64,000 bases of DNA from Ginglymostoma cirratum (taxonomy: Eukaryota): NCBI GenBank assembly GCA_024137785.1, contig JAHRHZ010000013.1, positions 16,558,251-16,622,250 of the forward strand. Reading direction: 5' to 3'. This document shows positions 62,684 to 64,000 of the stretch, piece by piece. The position numbers and the translations under genes are program-made. Numbering within the stretch: position 1 is the stretch's first letter; each line of letters opens with the position of its first letter. The notes beneath the pieces are model-generated. The model saw only the letters and a list, made by a program, of their open reading frames with translations, was not told the DNA's origin and searched no databases.

Positions 62684-63265
62684 AGGGTTCAATGTAGCTT
62701 GGTTGGCTAGACAGTTGGTTTGCGAAGCAGTATGATGCCAACAGTGTGGATTCAAACCTCACACCAGCTGACATTACCATGAGGGGAGGCGATGGTCTAG
62801 TATTGTCACTGGACCTTTAATCTAGAGACCCAGATAATGCTCTGGGGACCCGGGTTCAAATCCCACCACTATACATGGTGGAATTGGAATTCAATTTTTA
62901 AAAAATCTGGGATTAAGAGTTTAATGATGACCATGAATCCATTGTCAATTGTTAGAAAAACCCATCTGGTTCCTTAATGTAATTTAGGGAAGGAACTATT
63001 ATCCTTACCTGGTCTGGCCTATACGTGACTCCAGACCCACAACAAAGTGGTTCACTTTGAACTGCCCTCTGGGCAATCAGGGATGGGTAACAAATGCTGG
63101 CCTAGCCAGCAATGTCCTCATCCTGTGAATGAATTTAAAAAAACTCTCCTTCTCAACCTCTCCTCTCACCTGAGGTATGGTGGTCCTCAGGTTAAATCAC
63201 CACTAGTCATCTCTCTCCAATGACAAAGCAGCCCTTTGGTCTGGTAGACTATGAAGACTTGACAT
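62684..63265 (+). mobile_element. SINE family C split by a SINE family B insertion
   Basis: Head at 62684-62782 and remainder at 63143-63265 match the units at 48548-48998. Confidence 0.8.
62783..63142 (+). mobile_element. SINE family B, near full-length
   Basis: ggaggcgatggtctagt head, gggttcaaatccc B-box, tail gctggcctagccagc...gaatgaatttaaaaaaa. Confidence 0.88.
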
Positions 63266-64000
63266 TGGAAATAACAGGTAAATATTGATCACTCTGCGCT
63301 ATCTCCTGCTTGTACATCAGTTTGCTTTTGTATAGTCGTTCACTAAAATTCTGTGCTTGGAGAACTCTGATGGTGTAATTTGTCTACTCTCAAAATTAAA
63401 ATAATGGCCTGTTCAGTTCTAACTGAAACATGCTCAATTTGAATGAACATAATTGCGTTGCAACACAAATTATTAGTTTTATACAAAAAGCACCAATAAA
63501 TGTTGACATGTTTAAGTGCCTGGAATATCAGTTTATAATCCACTCATGAAGCAGTTGAACCAACTCAAAAAAACAAACCAGGTGATCATATAAAATTTGG
63601 TATTGAAGTAAAATAAATGGTATTAAAATATCGGCACATATTGACTATGAAATTCATGGCCAGAGCCAGCACTATGGAAAGCTAGTGCTACTTTACTGAG
63701 ATGCAAAGAGCCACCAGTCACTTTCAGCATGGCCCACATCATGAAGCTGCTGGGGAATAATGTCCGGGCATTCCCCACTATGTGCTATAAGCCTATAAAA
63801 CATTGCTAGCTTGAGTCACACAACACAACAGGCTGAGACACAGCAGGATACCTCATTTGTACCACCTTGGTTCAGGCAATGAATGCATACATCATACATC
63901 ACACTGCAGCACAAGGGTGAGCTGGGAATTAAGAAGGAACATAAGACAGGGACATGACTTTATCCTCAATGATGTCAGCAGCACCGGGTGACGGAGGTTC

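Noticed and set aside
1-64000. CRISPR arrays, rRNA genes, operons or intact transposase/RT genes
   Set aside because: None seen. The DNA is eukaryotic and all element ORFs are interrupted by stops and frameshifts.

Overview
Vertebrate, AT-rich, CpG-depleted nuclear DNA. The repeat content (HE1-like SINEs, HER1/CR1 LINEs) points to a shark or other elasmobranch. Much of the window is decayed transposable elements: CR1, L2 and Rex1/Babar LINE fragments, three tRNA-derived SINE families, three Gypsy LTR-retrotransposon remnants, Harbinger-type Myb/SANT gene remnants, MITEs, and about ten short Penelope-like inserts. Several of the Penelope-like inserts are palindromic, have 10-14 bp target-site duplications and carry a minimal hammerhead-ribozyme core. 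No complete protein-coding gene is present. The probable 3' end of an unidentified minus-strand gene lies at about 51.5-54.7 kb (one internal exon, a terminal exon and a long 3' UTR). The repeat-free islands look like conserved non-coding enhancers. A degenerate telomeric array interrupts one Harbinger remnant. All family assignments come from motif recognition by eye, and most repeat boundaries are approximate.
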